Of a stretch of 59,563 nucleotides of DNA, positions 48,389-59,563 are shown piece after piece. The notes under the pieces were generated by a model. The model ran no database searches. It worked only from the letters and a program-made list of their open reading frames with translations, and was not told the DNA's origin. The position numbers and the translations under genes are program-made. Every line of letters starts with the position of its first letter. Within the stretch, counting starts at the first letter, position 1. Location: NCBI GenBank assembly GCA_001179505.1, contig CDMY01000521.1, positions 1-59,563 on the forward strand. Reading direction: 5' to 3'. Source of the DNA: Vitrella brassicaformis CCMP3155 (taxonomy: Eukaryota > Protista > Chromerida).

Positions 48389-50583
48389 ATGCTGTATGAG
48401 ATCTCAGCAGCAACAAGGAGCTTTGGTCCAGTTCGTCGCGCTTTCCTTCATCCAGCTGTGACGCATCGTCCTGCCTCGCCGGTCAGCTGCATGGGGGACG
48501 CTCCAGCGGCCTCAGCGGCCTCAGCCGAGAGATCTCGCCTCCCTCCGTGGAACCCGCCATCTCGTGAAGGCAAGTTCGTCACAGGCCTGCACATGAGCAA
48601 CAGCCTCACCGGGCAGAAAACCGAGTTCATTCCCCACAGCGGCCGCACCGTCAAGTGGTACGGCTGCGGCCCGACCGTCTACGACGCCGCGCACCTTGGC
48701 CACGCGCGGACCTACGTTGGCTTCGACATCCTGCGGCGCATTATGGGTGAGTACTTCGGCTATGACGTTAAGATGGTCATGAATATCACCGACATCGACG
48801 ACAAGATCATCAAGCGGAGCCAGGAGGGCGGGGGCGACTTCAGGGAGCTGGCGCGGCACTGGGAGGCGGAGTTCTGGAGTGACATGGCGGCCTTGAACGT
48901 GATGGCGCCGGACGTCATCACCAGGGTGTCTGAGTATGTGGACGAGGTGGTGGGGTTCATCCAGAAGATCATCGACAACAAATACGCCTACGAGTCCAGC
49001 GGGTCCGTCTACTTCGATGTGGCGGTGAGTGAGCTGACCAGACAGACCACAGCCTGCAGGGCAGCGAAGAAGCAACCGACCGGCCGACCACCACACATTC
49101 TCTGCTGTGCTGTTGTCTGTGTGTGTGTGCAGGCCTTCAAGAGCAGCGGTCAGCACGTGTACGGGCGCATGGAGCCCTGGTCGATCAACGACCAGAACAG
49201 GTGTGTGCAGAGGGAGGGAGGGAGGGAGGGAGGCAGGGATGCCGCGTGCGTGACTGTGTGTCTGTTTGTGCCGGCCGGCCACACAGGGTGCTTGAGGGGG
49301 AGGGCGAGTTGGGTTTCGTCAGCCACAAGCGCAACCCCTTCGACTTTGCCCTCTGGAAGAAGGCAAAACCTGGCGAGCCCTCCTGGCCATCACCATGGGG
49401 CGAGGGGCGGCCCGGTCTGTCACCACACCACCACCACAGACACACAGACAGACACACACACAGACAGACAGACAGACAGATATGTGTTGTTGTGTGGTGT
49501 TTTGTGTGTCATCAGGTTGGCACATAGAGTGCTCTGCGATGGCAAGTGAGATTCTTGGTTTCCCGATCGACATCCACAGTGGCGGCATCGACCTGCGCTT
49601 CCCGCACCACGACAACGAGCTGGCGCAGTCCGAGGCTTGCTTCGACAAGCCACAATGGGTACGTGTGGTGCACTGCATAGAAATAAGCAGGCCAGGCAGG
49701 TGTGGGTTGTGTGTGCTGTGTAGGTCAATTACTTTCTGCACACGGGTCACCTGAACATCAATCACCAGAAGATGAGCAAGAGCCTCAAGAACTTCACCAC
49801 CATTAAGCAGGCCCTCGATGACCCCCTCATCCGCCCAAGACATATCCGCATCCTTTGCCTCATCAATAGGTAGGTGATGCACCGCACCCACCCAACACAC
49901 ACAGACACCACACCACACACAGAGACAGATGGCCTCCCTCTCTCCCTCCCTCCCTCCCTCCCTCCCTCTGTGTGTGTGTCTGTGTAGATGGGACAGTGAG
50001 ATGAACTTCACGCCCGGTGTGGAGGGCATGCGTCAGGCGATCGACATCGACACCAAGTTCATGAAGTTCTTCGGCTTCGTCAATAACTTCATGCGCAAGA
50101 CCTCCCTCAAGGACGAGCAGAAGTGGCGGCCGCAGGAGCAGAAACTCGCCGACGCCATCGACCAGAGGATCAACGACGTGAGCAGACAGAGAGAATGGAG
50201 GGCTGGATGGATAATGGGTTGGTTGTGACTGTGGGTGTGGGTGTGTTATGTTCTCATGTTGGTCAGGTGCACATGGCTCTGTGTGACAACTTCAACACAC
50301 CACAGGCGATGCTCGCGTTGCAGGTGCGTACGCGCATCAGATCAGCTCAGAGAGGCGACAAGCATGCGTGTGGATGTGGATGTGTGTGTCGTGTGTCGTG
50401 TGTGGTGGGTGTCTGTATGGTGCGTGCAGTCGATCATGTCGGAGGTCAACACGTACATCAACGAAACCAGCGAGGGTCACATCCGCATTCCCCTCGTCCA
50501 AAAGGCAGCCACATTCGCCTTCAAAATGATGAAGGTCCGTTCAGCCTCCTGAGCGCCTGGCTGCCCCACTCACTGGGTATCAC

Positions 50584-50616
<33 letters not shown>

Positions 50617-51774
50617 CAGGTGTTCGGTGTGGTTGTGGGTGACGTCGAGGAGCTCAACTATGACGGCGGCGAGGCGGCCGACGACCAGAAGGCCATCGAG
50701 CCCATCGTCGACTGCCTCGCCAACTTCAGACGACACGTACACACATCCACACATCCATCCATCTTGCGTGTTGATCCATCCATCCAACAGACGCGCCTGA
50801 GTGCCCAGAAGATCCTCAAGGCCGCATCATCGGCCCACAATGGTGTCCCACCACCAGCAGCAGCAGCAGCAGCAGGAGTCTCCGACACAGATGGGTCGGT
50901 CAAGGATCTGGCCAAGGGGATTCTGTGCCAGTGCGACAGCCTGCGTGACGAGGAGCTGCCGAACCTTGGCATTCAGCTGGAGGACAGGCCCGATGGCTAC
51001 ATCTGGAACAAAGTCTCCAAGTGAGTGGATGGGTGGCTTTGGCTGCACGGCACATGTAGCTCTCTGTTTATGTCTGTCTATGTGTGTGTGTGTCTGTGTG
51101 TGTATGTGTGTGTGTGTGCATCAATCAATCGACCAGGGAGCAGCTGCTGGCGGAGCGGCAGAGGAAGCAGGAAGAGGAGGACCAGAAGCGAAAACAAAAA
51201 GAGGAAGCCGCACGGCAGCTGGTACGCACCAGCCAGCCTCCACACACACACACACACTCCCTCAGCCACCACTCACTCACTGTGTGTGTCCCGCCCGCAT
51301 CAACCACAGGCCCAGCAGCGTGCCAAGAAGGAGGCCGAGGCGCGTGTGCCGACCGAGCAGTACTACTCCACCTTCAAGGCTGACGAGTTCAGCGAGTTCG
51401 ATGGCGAGGGGCTGCCCACGCTCGACGCCAAGGGAGAGCCCGTGTCCAAGTCGCAGAGGGACAAGATGCGCAAGGTACACACGCATAAATAGCAGAAGAC
51501 AGACACAGAGAGGGGGGCAGGGGGGCAGGGAGGGATGGGATGGAATGCAATGCATTGGATGCACCATCCATCCATCCATCGCCCATTGTGTTGTGTTGTG
51601 TGTTGTGTGTTGTGTCTTATCCATTGTTGTCAGTTTTTGGTCAAGCATAAGAAGGCGCACGAGGAGTGGCTCAAGAGCAGCGGTGGGGGCGGCGGGGCCG
51701 CATCTGCGGCTGCAGCGGCATCGGCCAACGGTAATGCGCCAGGGCCGGCGTCCTCGGCATCGGCCGGCTCATGA
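48389..51774 (+). CDS. CARS: Cysteinyl-tRNA synthetase (eukaryotic type, multi-exon)
   Basis: Motifs [52 protein letters not shown]|[32 protein letters not shown] and KMSKSLKNF, plus a eukaryotic C-terminal extension. An alternative start is ATG 48491. Confidence 0.96.
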
Positions 51775-52343
51775 AGGGAAATAGACAGACCACCATATCG
51801 GCTGCTCTGCTCTGGTGGTGGTGGTGGTGCGGTGTGTCCGTGGGGCGCCTTATCTATCATGGTACGTGTGTGTGTTGGTGGCCTGCCTGCCTGCCTGCCT
51901 CTGCGATCAGTCATCTCATCGGTCGGTAGACAGACAGGCTGAGAGAGAGGGCAAGGAATTAAGCCAGCTGTCTATTGCGTGCAGCTGATTGAGCGTGTGG
52001 GTACCCCTGTGTGTGGTGCTGTGCCTTGTATGGTGATGATGGATGGACGTATGGACCAAACAAACTCGTGTCTGTCTGTCTGTCTGTCTCAAGTATGTTG
52101 ATGGATCGGATGCATTTGATGTCATACCGGCACCAACACACACACGAACACACACGCGCACAGCACAGCAAAGGCAGCTACTCCATCCATCCATCCATCC
52201 CACCCGTAAGTAAATCACACACGATTATGAACGGCTCGCTACGCTTGCTTCACCAACTAAGAAAGAGTCTTCATGATCTATCTATAGCAGAAGGGTAGAC
52301 AGACGTACCTCACTCCCTCACAGTGGTTGGTTCCTTCCTCCTT

Positions 52344-53711
52344 CCTTCAACTACCTACGGTCTGCCTGACAGTGTCTCTGTCAGCACCTCAAAGCCCCCT
52401 GGCAAGAGGTCCGGGGGTGTCTCATCTTCCACGCAGGGGATGCCCATAGAGCCGGCCAACGAAGATATTGTAGATACGTAAGCCCAGCCCATCGGAGGGA
52501 TGTACAGCCCCATAAGGCTGCCGTTGTACTTTTTCCGCCTCTTGGTGCTGTTCCGCCTCTTGGTGCTGTCGAAACCTACACACACACACACACAGACACA
52601 CACAGACACGCACAGACACCCACAGACACAGGGATGGATGAGAGACAGACAGGCAGGCAGGCAGGCAGACAGACAAGTGCATGCGACACAGGCACACACA
52701 CGTTCTGGCTCGCCGATAGCGTGGAACAAGTCAATGTAGAAGTCCGCAAAGCTCCTCGTGTCCTGGCAGTCCTCCTGCGCGGCGCGATGACACTCCACCA
52801 TCGTGAGCAGCTTGCTGATGGATGATATATATATGGATGCGATGCAGACAGACAGACAGACAGACAGACAGACAGGAGGGAGACCAACAAGACAGACAAC
52901 ACACCCACCCCATCCGTGTGTGTGTGTGTGTGTGCGTCTAATCGATGTCTGTCGCTCAGTCAGTGACTGATGCCCACACTCACTCAGTCACTCAGTCACT
53001 CACTGACCCACCTGTCGATAGAGGCGTGCAGACGGCCGTCCCTCCACTCGATGTGGTCGGCAATGGCCCGGATGATGTCCTCATCCTCCAGCTGGTCTAT
53101 CATATCCTCGTCGCAGTACCCCGTGTTCCAGAGAGCTGAGCGGATGTACCACCTGAAGACCTTCATCATGCACAGCTCCCCTCGGGACACCCAGTAGTCG
53201 GCTTGCAGTCTGCAAGTGAATGAAATGAGCAACACACGATGGCCGGCGATGGATGGACGCTCCCTGCCTGTCTGCCTGCCTGCCTGTCTGCCTTCCTGCC
53301 TTGTTGACCTGTCAAGGTATCTATCCTTCTCCCGAAACACGTGGTACCAGCCATACAGCCCCGCAGTATGCTGCTGCATCTGCACCGCATCCATCCAGCC
53401 ATGGAGCCGGACGACACTCATGAGCACAAAGCACTGACATCGCAGCCGTGCGTGTGTACCTGAAACAAATCATCCCGGTGCTTGCTGACCGCACCAACAC
53501 CGGCGTCTGCCGCTTGTTTGACCATGTGACCTTCGGGAGCCTTCGGTGTCTGCATCATGTGCAGCACGAGATGCTGGCGGAGCCTCGCGATGAGGGGACT
53601 GCGTGAGCGGAGAGGGCCAGGCGGCGAGAGATACGCAGGGTGATGACTCGTGTTGCCGCGTGGGATGATGAGGGCCAGAACAAAGCCGAACCAAGCAGGG
53701 TTCCTTTTCAT
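52344..53711 (-). CDS. Hypothetical multi-exon protein with a signal-peptide/transit-like leader
   Basis: The leader reads MKRNPAWFGFVLALIIPRGNTSHHPAYLSPPGPLRSRSPL. Coding-like exons include LQADYWVSRGELCMMKVFRWYIRSALW and ECHRAAQEDCQDTRSFADFYIDLFHAIG. The 3' end is approximate. Confidence 0.55.
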
Positions 53712-53807
53712 TCACTCGCCTCGTTTGCCATTCTAAGCTCGCATTCATTGCCGATCGCGCGGCTTTCTCCCATTGCAGGGGGGCGGGAAGGCGGCTGAGG
53801 TGCTCAG

Positions 53808-53818
53808 CTAAACCCTAA
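53808..53818 (+). promoter_or_regulatory. Telo-box-like motif CTAAACCCTAA
   Basis: The exact sequence lies about 100 bp upstream of ATG 53711 (minus strand). A single occurrence could be chance. Confidence 0.25.
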
Positions 53819-54716
53819 TAATGCGTGGGGTTTGCGAATTTCGTGAATGCGCGCGTGTGTGTGCACAGCTCCATGAGCAGCTCATGGCGCACACCCCCGC
53901 GACGAGAGAGGCCACGCACGAGTGTTTGCTGCGTTAGCTAGTATGAGGAGGAGGTGGGACAGCTGTTGGTTGGCCTGGTGTGCGCGTCTGTAGGACGTTT
54001 GCAATTGTACGTCGCAGGAGTGTTGTGCCCTCTCTGTGTTGCGCGTGCGTTGGTGGCCTGCATGCCTCTCCGATGAACCATCGTGATGGACCAGATGCCT
54101 GCCTGCCTGTCTGTCTGTCTGAGAGAAAAGTGTTTTCATTTGGTGCGGGTCACAGGCCGTCCCCAGTCCTCTCGTAAGAAGACACCACCCACACACAGAC
54201 ATGCACACACCACACCACAAGAGGGAATTCGCAATAATTAGGGCCATGCACGCCACGCACAGCCATGAACCAACCAACGTCAATCGGCACCCACAGCAGC
54301 GCAGCACAGTCCAAATGAATGGGTAGCCTGATAATATGATCTGGCTGCCCGCGTCATCAAAGACACACACCCACATCCTACATCTCCCACGCCACGCCAC
54401 GCCCTCTCCCCTGCACACTTCAGCACACCAATCATCGAGACACGCATCTGCAATATGTCAATCAACAGGCTTTGAAACGAAAGACTTCGACCGACAGACA
54501 GACAACACATCTCTCTCCCCTCCCTCCCTCCCTCCCTCCCTCGAGCCCCCTTTGATAAACACACAGACCAGTGTATGGTGTGGCATACACTTCAGTGAGT
54601 CATGCCCGCACTGTCTTGTCTGTCTGCGCATCCACACATACACACACACACACAAACGCGCCAACGGGCCACATTCGGCCCACTGCTGCACTCACTCGCT
54701 GACTCGCTGCCTGCAG

Positions 54717-57359
54717 TCACCCTCCCCCTGGGGCCGGTGGCTTCAAAATCGGCACCAACAGCTTGTCAGGCTTGTCGTCAAGCGGCTTGTCGTCAAGCGT
54801 GTCGCCGCCCCTCTCTCTCTCCATCCTGGCAATCGGTGCCGGGTCAGTCGCCTGCCAAATTGTCGCCTGCCTCTGTGCCACCTCCCTCGCCCTCTGATAG
54901 CCCCCCTCCTCTCGACATGAGATCTCGCTCTCGACCTGCCCTCGCGAGATGAGCAGAAAGGTGTCTCGGGTGGGGTCGTAGACAGTCAGCTTCCTGGCCT
55001 TCCGGCGGGGGCTGTGCTTGGCCGCCAGCTGCTCGTCGCCCGGGGCTGCCGGGCCGTCACCTAGCATGGGCCATGGGTGTGGGTGCAGGTGTGGGCTGGT
55101 GTGTGGGTTGACGCCGCTGCCTGCAGGAGGCGGCAGCGGCGCCACATACAACTTGCCGTTGGGGGCCCGCTCCTTGGAGGCGCGCTTCTTGGAGCCACGA
55201 CCGGCATCGTCGGCCCGCCTCCGCTTCTTCTTGCCCTTCATGAGGTTGAGGGTCGTTTTGAGGTTGTCAGCCGTCGGAAGGGCCGAGAGGATGCGCCCGA
55301 GCGGGTCATTATCATCCTCTGCCGCTGTGGCTGGTGGGGGCGCCATCAGCGAGGACGCGTCCCCCCTCCTGCTGCGCGTCGCAGAGCCGAGGGCCCGCCG
55401 CCTTGAAAAACGCGTCTCGGGTTGTGAGTGCGAATGCGCCGCGGTCAATGGACACGACGGCTCGCTCCTGCTGCCCCCACCATGCTCGTCGTCCTCTGAG
55501 TGATGGGAGCTGCCTGGAGGGGGTGAGGGGGAGGGGGAGGGTGACGGCTCGGATGCCCACGAGGATGTGGAGAGTGCGATCAGCGCCAGGGCGGCCTCGC
55601 TCTCCGAGTCGTCGGGGGGCTTTGGGGGGGACGGAACGGCACCACACGAATCTGATGACGGAGAGGCAGGCACATCGAACACAGGCAGGGCAGCAGTGTG
55701 TGCACGATTCCTGCAGCGCACCTCTCAGCTCGACTGGCGGGGTGGATGGCAAAGACGAGTGTGACGAAGCCTCGGGAGGGGTGCAGGGGTCTGCACAGCA
55801 CACATGAAGGACACAGACAGACAGACAGACAGGCAGGCACGGGAGTGCTGCAGGAAGCCAGCCAGAAACAACACCCCTCCATAAATACCTGTTTTGTCTG
55901 TGCCCTTCTTGCTGCTGACGCCAAGGAGCTCATTCTGCTTGCGCATCATGACCGCCAAAGAGCGAAGCCAGTTGATAGCACGATTCCGCGCACCCTGACA
56001 GAGAGACAAGAGACCATGTCAGCGCCTTCCTTCCCCGTGTGTGACGCATCACATCAACCCACCCACCCCACCCACCTCAAACCCAAGCACATCGCTTCTG
56101 AAGACGGCTCGCCGCTCGACCACAGCAACATCGCCCTCGGGTGGTCTGGGGCCGGGGCAGGGGGCCGTCCAGCTGGTGCCGTCCCACGTCAGCAGCCGCA
56201 TGTACTCCTCCGCACGCCCCGCCGCACCCATCTCCCACAGCTGCCGCCACACGGGTCCGTTGAAGTCTGGTAGCGGCTCAACCGGGTCTTTCCAGTCCTT
56301 GGCGTCGTCCGGTCTGCGGCCCTCCATCCACTGCAGGAAGCTGACGGCAGAGGAGTGTGTTGGAAAGGACCGCGTGTGCTGGTTGCCGTCGGGGTCCATC
56401 CAGGTGGCCCACCACATCTTGGCGGTGCTGTCCCACAGGACAGAGGTAGAGGTGGACGGCGCAGAGGAAGAGCGGTTAGCTGCTGGGGCGGGAGTGGGCT
56501 GGGGCACGGGGGGAGAGGGTTTGTCTGCCGCCGATGGCATGGGGTGGTGAGGCTGCTCTGGTTCCCGTGACGCTTCACTCGTCGGTCCACCACCACCACC
56601 ACCAGCACCAGCACCAGCACCAGTCCCGCAAGCAGCCCTCTCTCCTCTGTCTGTCATCTTCGGCGTCGTCAGGTCGATGGTCGGGCTGGGCTGCTTGGCG
56701 GCGGACTTGCCGTGGGTGTCTGAAGCGGACGAGTTGCTCGTCTGGAAGAGCTTGCTGACGTACTGGACAAAGGCGGGTGGTGGGGCGGACGGCAGAGGGG
56801 GGATGGCCGGGATCGACAGCGATGGCTGCTGCTGTGGCGAGGGCTGCGGGGAGGGGCTGGCAGAGGAGGGGGAGGAGAGAGAGGGAGGCGGACATGACGA
56901 CGGCCTCTCAGGAGCGGCACCTGCACACAAAGACACACACACTCACACAATCTGAACCCTTTTGTCGTTTCGCCGTTTCGCCTGCCTACCGTTGATCATA
57001 GTGGCTGCCGGTGCGTCTCGCATCGTCTGCAGCCCCATGTGCCTCTCCCTCTCCCTCCTGACGGCCAACACGGCCCCCCGAATGTGATCCTGGAAGTGGC
57101 GGCACGTCTGCTGCATATTAATTTCGCCCCTGAGCTGCATGCTCCGCATCGACGCAAGCACCCCCAGCACGTCCGGCTGCAGCATCTGCTCCACGATGAG
57201 GTCGGTGTCGGTGGCCGGGCCGCCTGGGATGTGAGCCTTGAGCTGCGTGATAGCCCCTCGCAGGTAGGCCAGGAGTTTGGTGTGGTCGTTGGGGATAATC
57301 CAGACGGCTTCTTCTGCAGCGGGCGGGGCTGCCGGTGTAGGGGAAGGATGGTGCGCCAT
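54717..57359 (-). CDS. Candidate ApiAP2-type transcription factor with two AP2-like domains (five exons)
   Basis: Exons 57359-56990, 56920-56076, 55994-about 55885, about 55790-55724 and about 55652-54717 splice in frame. Domain-like segments are VLWDSTAKMWWATWMDPDGNQHTRSF...AVSFLQW and LTWDGTSWTA...RAVFRSDVLGFE|GARNRAINWL, within low-complexity S/P-rich sequence. Confidence 0.65.
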
Positions 57360-58345
57360 CGATGGGTCTGCAGGCAGGGTGCCCTTGGTGTCGTGACACT
57401 GTCGTTCGCTCTTTTGTCGCCGGACAATTTAAAATTTGATAACGCCCGTCAGCCGTTAGGCCAACGCTTCTTTGGCGTAGGGGCGGACAAATCAAGCAAC
57501 CACAGGTCTGCAGCAAGTGAAGACCAGCAGTGTGAGGAGAGCCCCTCCCTGCCTCCGTCACATACGGCCTATCCACAACCGAGAAGGAAAGCCCTGCCCC
57601 TCCGTGGCCTGTCTGTCGAACATTCTCCATGACTGCACCCCATCCTGAATCATAGTTCATCGAGAGCGATTGATCGGAGCAGCCAGGATAGCGATCAAAC
57701 TCCTCTTTGTGCTGCTGTCGGTGTGGTGCCTGGCCCGCTGCAATGCACTTGACGTCGACCGCAAACACAAGGACGGTGTAGGTGAGTGAATCCACTTTAC
57801 CTCTCTTGGCTGCATGATGATGGCATAGGTGAGGTGTCTGTGTGGCCGACCACCGGGTGCAGCTGCAGATAGCCAACACCCCACACAGTCGACCCTCGCC
57901 GGTCAGTCACTATTGTGCCGGCAGAGATAGTCAGCGAGCCCTCTCCACCAAATCAAATGAGGCGATTGTCTGTCTGTCTGTCCGTCCGTCTGTCCTTCTC
58001 TGTGTGTTGTCAGGGCATCAGTGACGTCGATGACAGTAGTGCGACAAGACCACTGAGTGCACTGCACGGCCTTCAACCGGCCCGCCGCAAGTGTGTGTCT
58101 CGACGACACATGGATGCGCACACCGCAAAAACCAGTCACGTCAAGTGGCTTGCTTTCAGCCAGCCAGCCAGCCAGCCAGCCATAGAATCCCATCTCGTCT
58201 CGGTCCGACAGCCACACACACATCCGAGCCACACACACACACACTGAAGCGAAGGCGCAGTAACGCCCCCGATACCGCCATACATGTACTGGTACACACA
58301 CTTCGGCCGATCTGTCCACGCCCCTCGATCGACGCACTGATCCCC

Positions 58346-58951
58346 TTATTTCTCAAAAAGCCAGTCGATGCTGATCAACACCAACCCGATGAATGAGTAG
58401 CTAATCACCACGATGAGAAGAAGAGCTAGTGCTACCGCACCGGCCTCTTCCAAGGCCCTCTTCCACGACGGATCTGCACAGCGATAGATGACCACACCGC
58501 ACAGACAGACAGGGAGGGAGGGACGGAGAAAACTCATGTGGTGTGTGTGTGTGTGTGCGTGTATGCCTTTGGTCTGCTGGATGAGCTGCCTCTTTTTTTG
58601 CTTGAGCGCCTCAAACTTCTTGTACTTGGCCATAAAGAACCTGTCCCGTTCGAAGCTGCCGAGCTCCTTGTCCACGTCAGCTATCCGCCGCTGCTTACCC
58701 GCACCCTGCTGTGACACACACACACACACACACAGCGTTCTTGTGGTGCATGCTGCTGCGGGTAAGACACGCAAGACGATAGTACCTACCGTGGTGGGCG
58801 ATTTGATGCCTGTCATCTGTGAGTACACTAACAGCAGTCTGCCCCGGTTGATGCGGGAGAGACGAAGGGGCGGGTGGACAAAGGCCGACGCCGCCCCGGG
58901 CAGACACTGAGAAGTCAGCAGGACGACAGCCAAGACCACCGCCAACATCAT
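58346..58951 (-). CDS. Small predicted plastid-targeted membrane protein (three exons)
   Basis: MMLAVVLAVVLLTSQCLPGAASA-FVHPPLRLSRINR is a signal peptide plus ASAF motif plus basic transit peptide. The C-terminal hydrophobic helix is AVALALLLIVVISYSFIGLVLISIDW. Confidence 0.65.
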   Translation of the reverse strand: MMLAVVLAVVLLTSQCLPGAASAFVHPPLRLSRINRGRLLLVYSQMTGIKSPTTVGTIVLRVLPAAACTTRTLCVCVCVSQQGAGKQRRIADVDKELGSFERDRFFMAKYKKFEALKQKKRQLIQQTKGIHAHTHTHHMSFLRPSLPVCLCGVVIYRCADPSWKRALEEAGAVALALLLIVVISYSFIGLVLISIDWLFEK

Positions 58952-59563
58952 GGCACCTGCATCAACAGCACACAGCCACAGACCTCCGACAGAGAAGGAG
59001 ACCTCAACGGAGAGAGAGCTGACGTACCCGTCATGTGCAGCGCTGCGCTTCTGTGAGTGCTTCTGAGTCTGAGGAACGGCAGAAGGGGACACTGGGGAGA
59101 GAGGTGCAATGCATCCTTCTCTTGGCGCTTGCCGCGACGCGGGCGATCTCTCCATCTTGTTCTGTGTTTGTTGGCACCTGTTGAAGTTGTTGTGTGGATA
59201 GCAGAGTCCCACAGATCACGAGCGTTGATAAAAGAGCGGCAGAGAGGTCCAACATAAACAAGCAGGCAGGCAAACACGAAGGCGAACACGAAAAGGCACG
59301 TGGCCTTGGCGAACTGGGCTATCGGCGACCCACGATGACATGCAGGCTGGCTGGGCTTATCGGCGACCCACTTACATGAAGGCAGAGGCAGGAAACAGGC
59401 AGCAAAGTCAGTCAACGCTCAAGTGTGCCAAAACAGTAGGTAGAGCGCTATGACTCGTAAAACACATGGCAAATCCCAACACCCCTCCTCACGTCTTGCA
59501 GGCTACTGCGAGACGTGGACCACACAGAAGCTAATTACTTGTACGCAGTATGTAAATGTATGC

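Noticed and set aside
57480-57900. Possible extra exons or small gene upstream of the AP2-like gene
   Set aside because: Splice-like sites exist but no convincing reading frame. It may be 5' UTR.
1-59563. tRNA, rRNA, spliced-leader RNA or autonomous mobile elements
   Set aside because: None was recognised by eye. tRNAscan-SE, Infernal/Rfam and RepeatModeler would be needed to exclude them.

Overview
This is a GC-rich, intron-dense eukaryotic window with about 22 protein-coding loci, microsatellite-laden introns and five placeholder gaps of exactly 300 N. The features point to a photosynthetic alveolate, most likely the chromerid Vitrella brassicaformis or a relative (inference): signal-peptide plus ASAF-type plastid leaders, an ApiAP2-like gene, and intronless ankyrin and F-box-like genes. 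Clearly recognisable genes are an M50/RseP-like protease with a plastid leader, a SpoU/TrmH RNA methyltransferase, an Unkempt-like CCCH protein, a KCTD-type BTB protein, a full ABCA transporter, an eS31/RPS27A fused to a divergent ubiquitin-like domain, and cysteinyl-tRNA synthetase. The most interesting observations are: (1) many introns have CA/CAGA-type repeats at the 5' end and complementary TG/TCTG-type repeats at the 3' end, suggesting hairpin-assisted splicing; (2) a candidate tandem-AP2 transcription factor; (3) the FUBI-like rather than ubiquitin leader on eS31; (4) a tandem duplication of a symmetric NLS-bearing exon; (5) a possible organellar extension on CysRS. All gene models were spliced by eye and are unverified. 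No rRNA, tRNA, CRISPR array or transposase was recognised.
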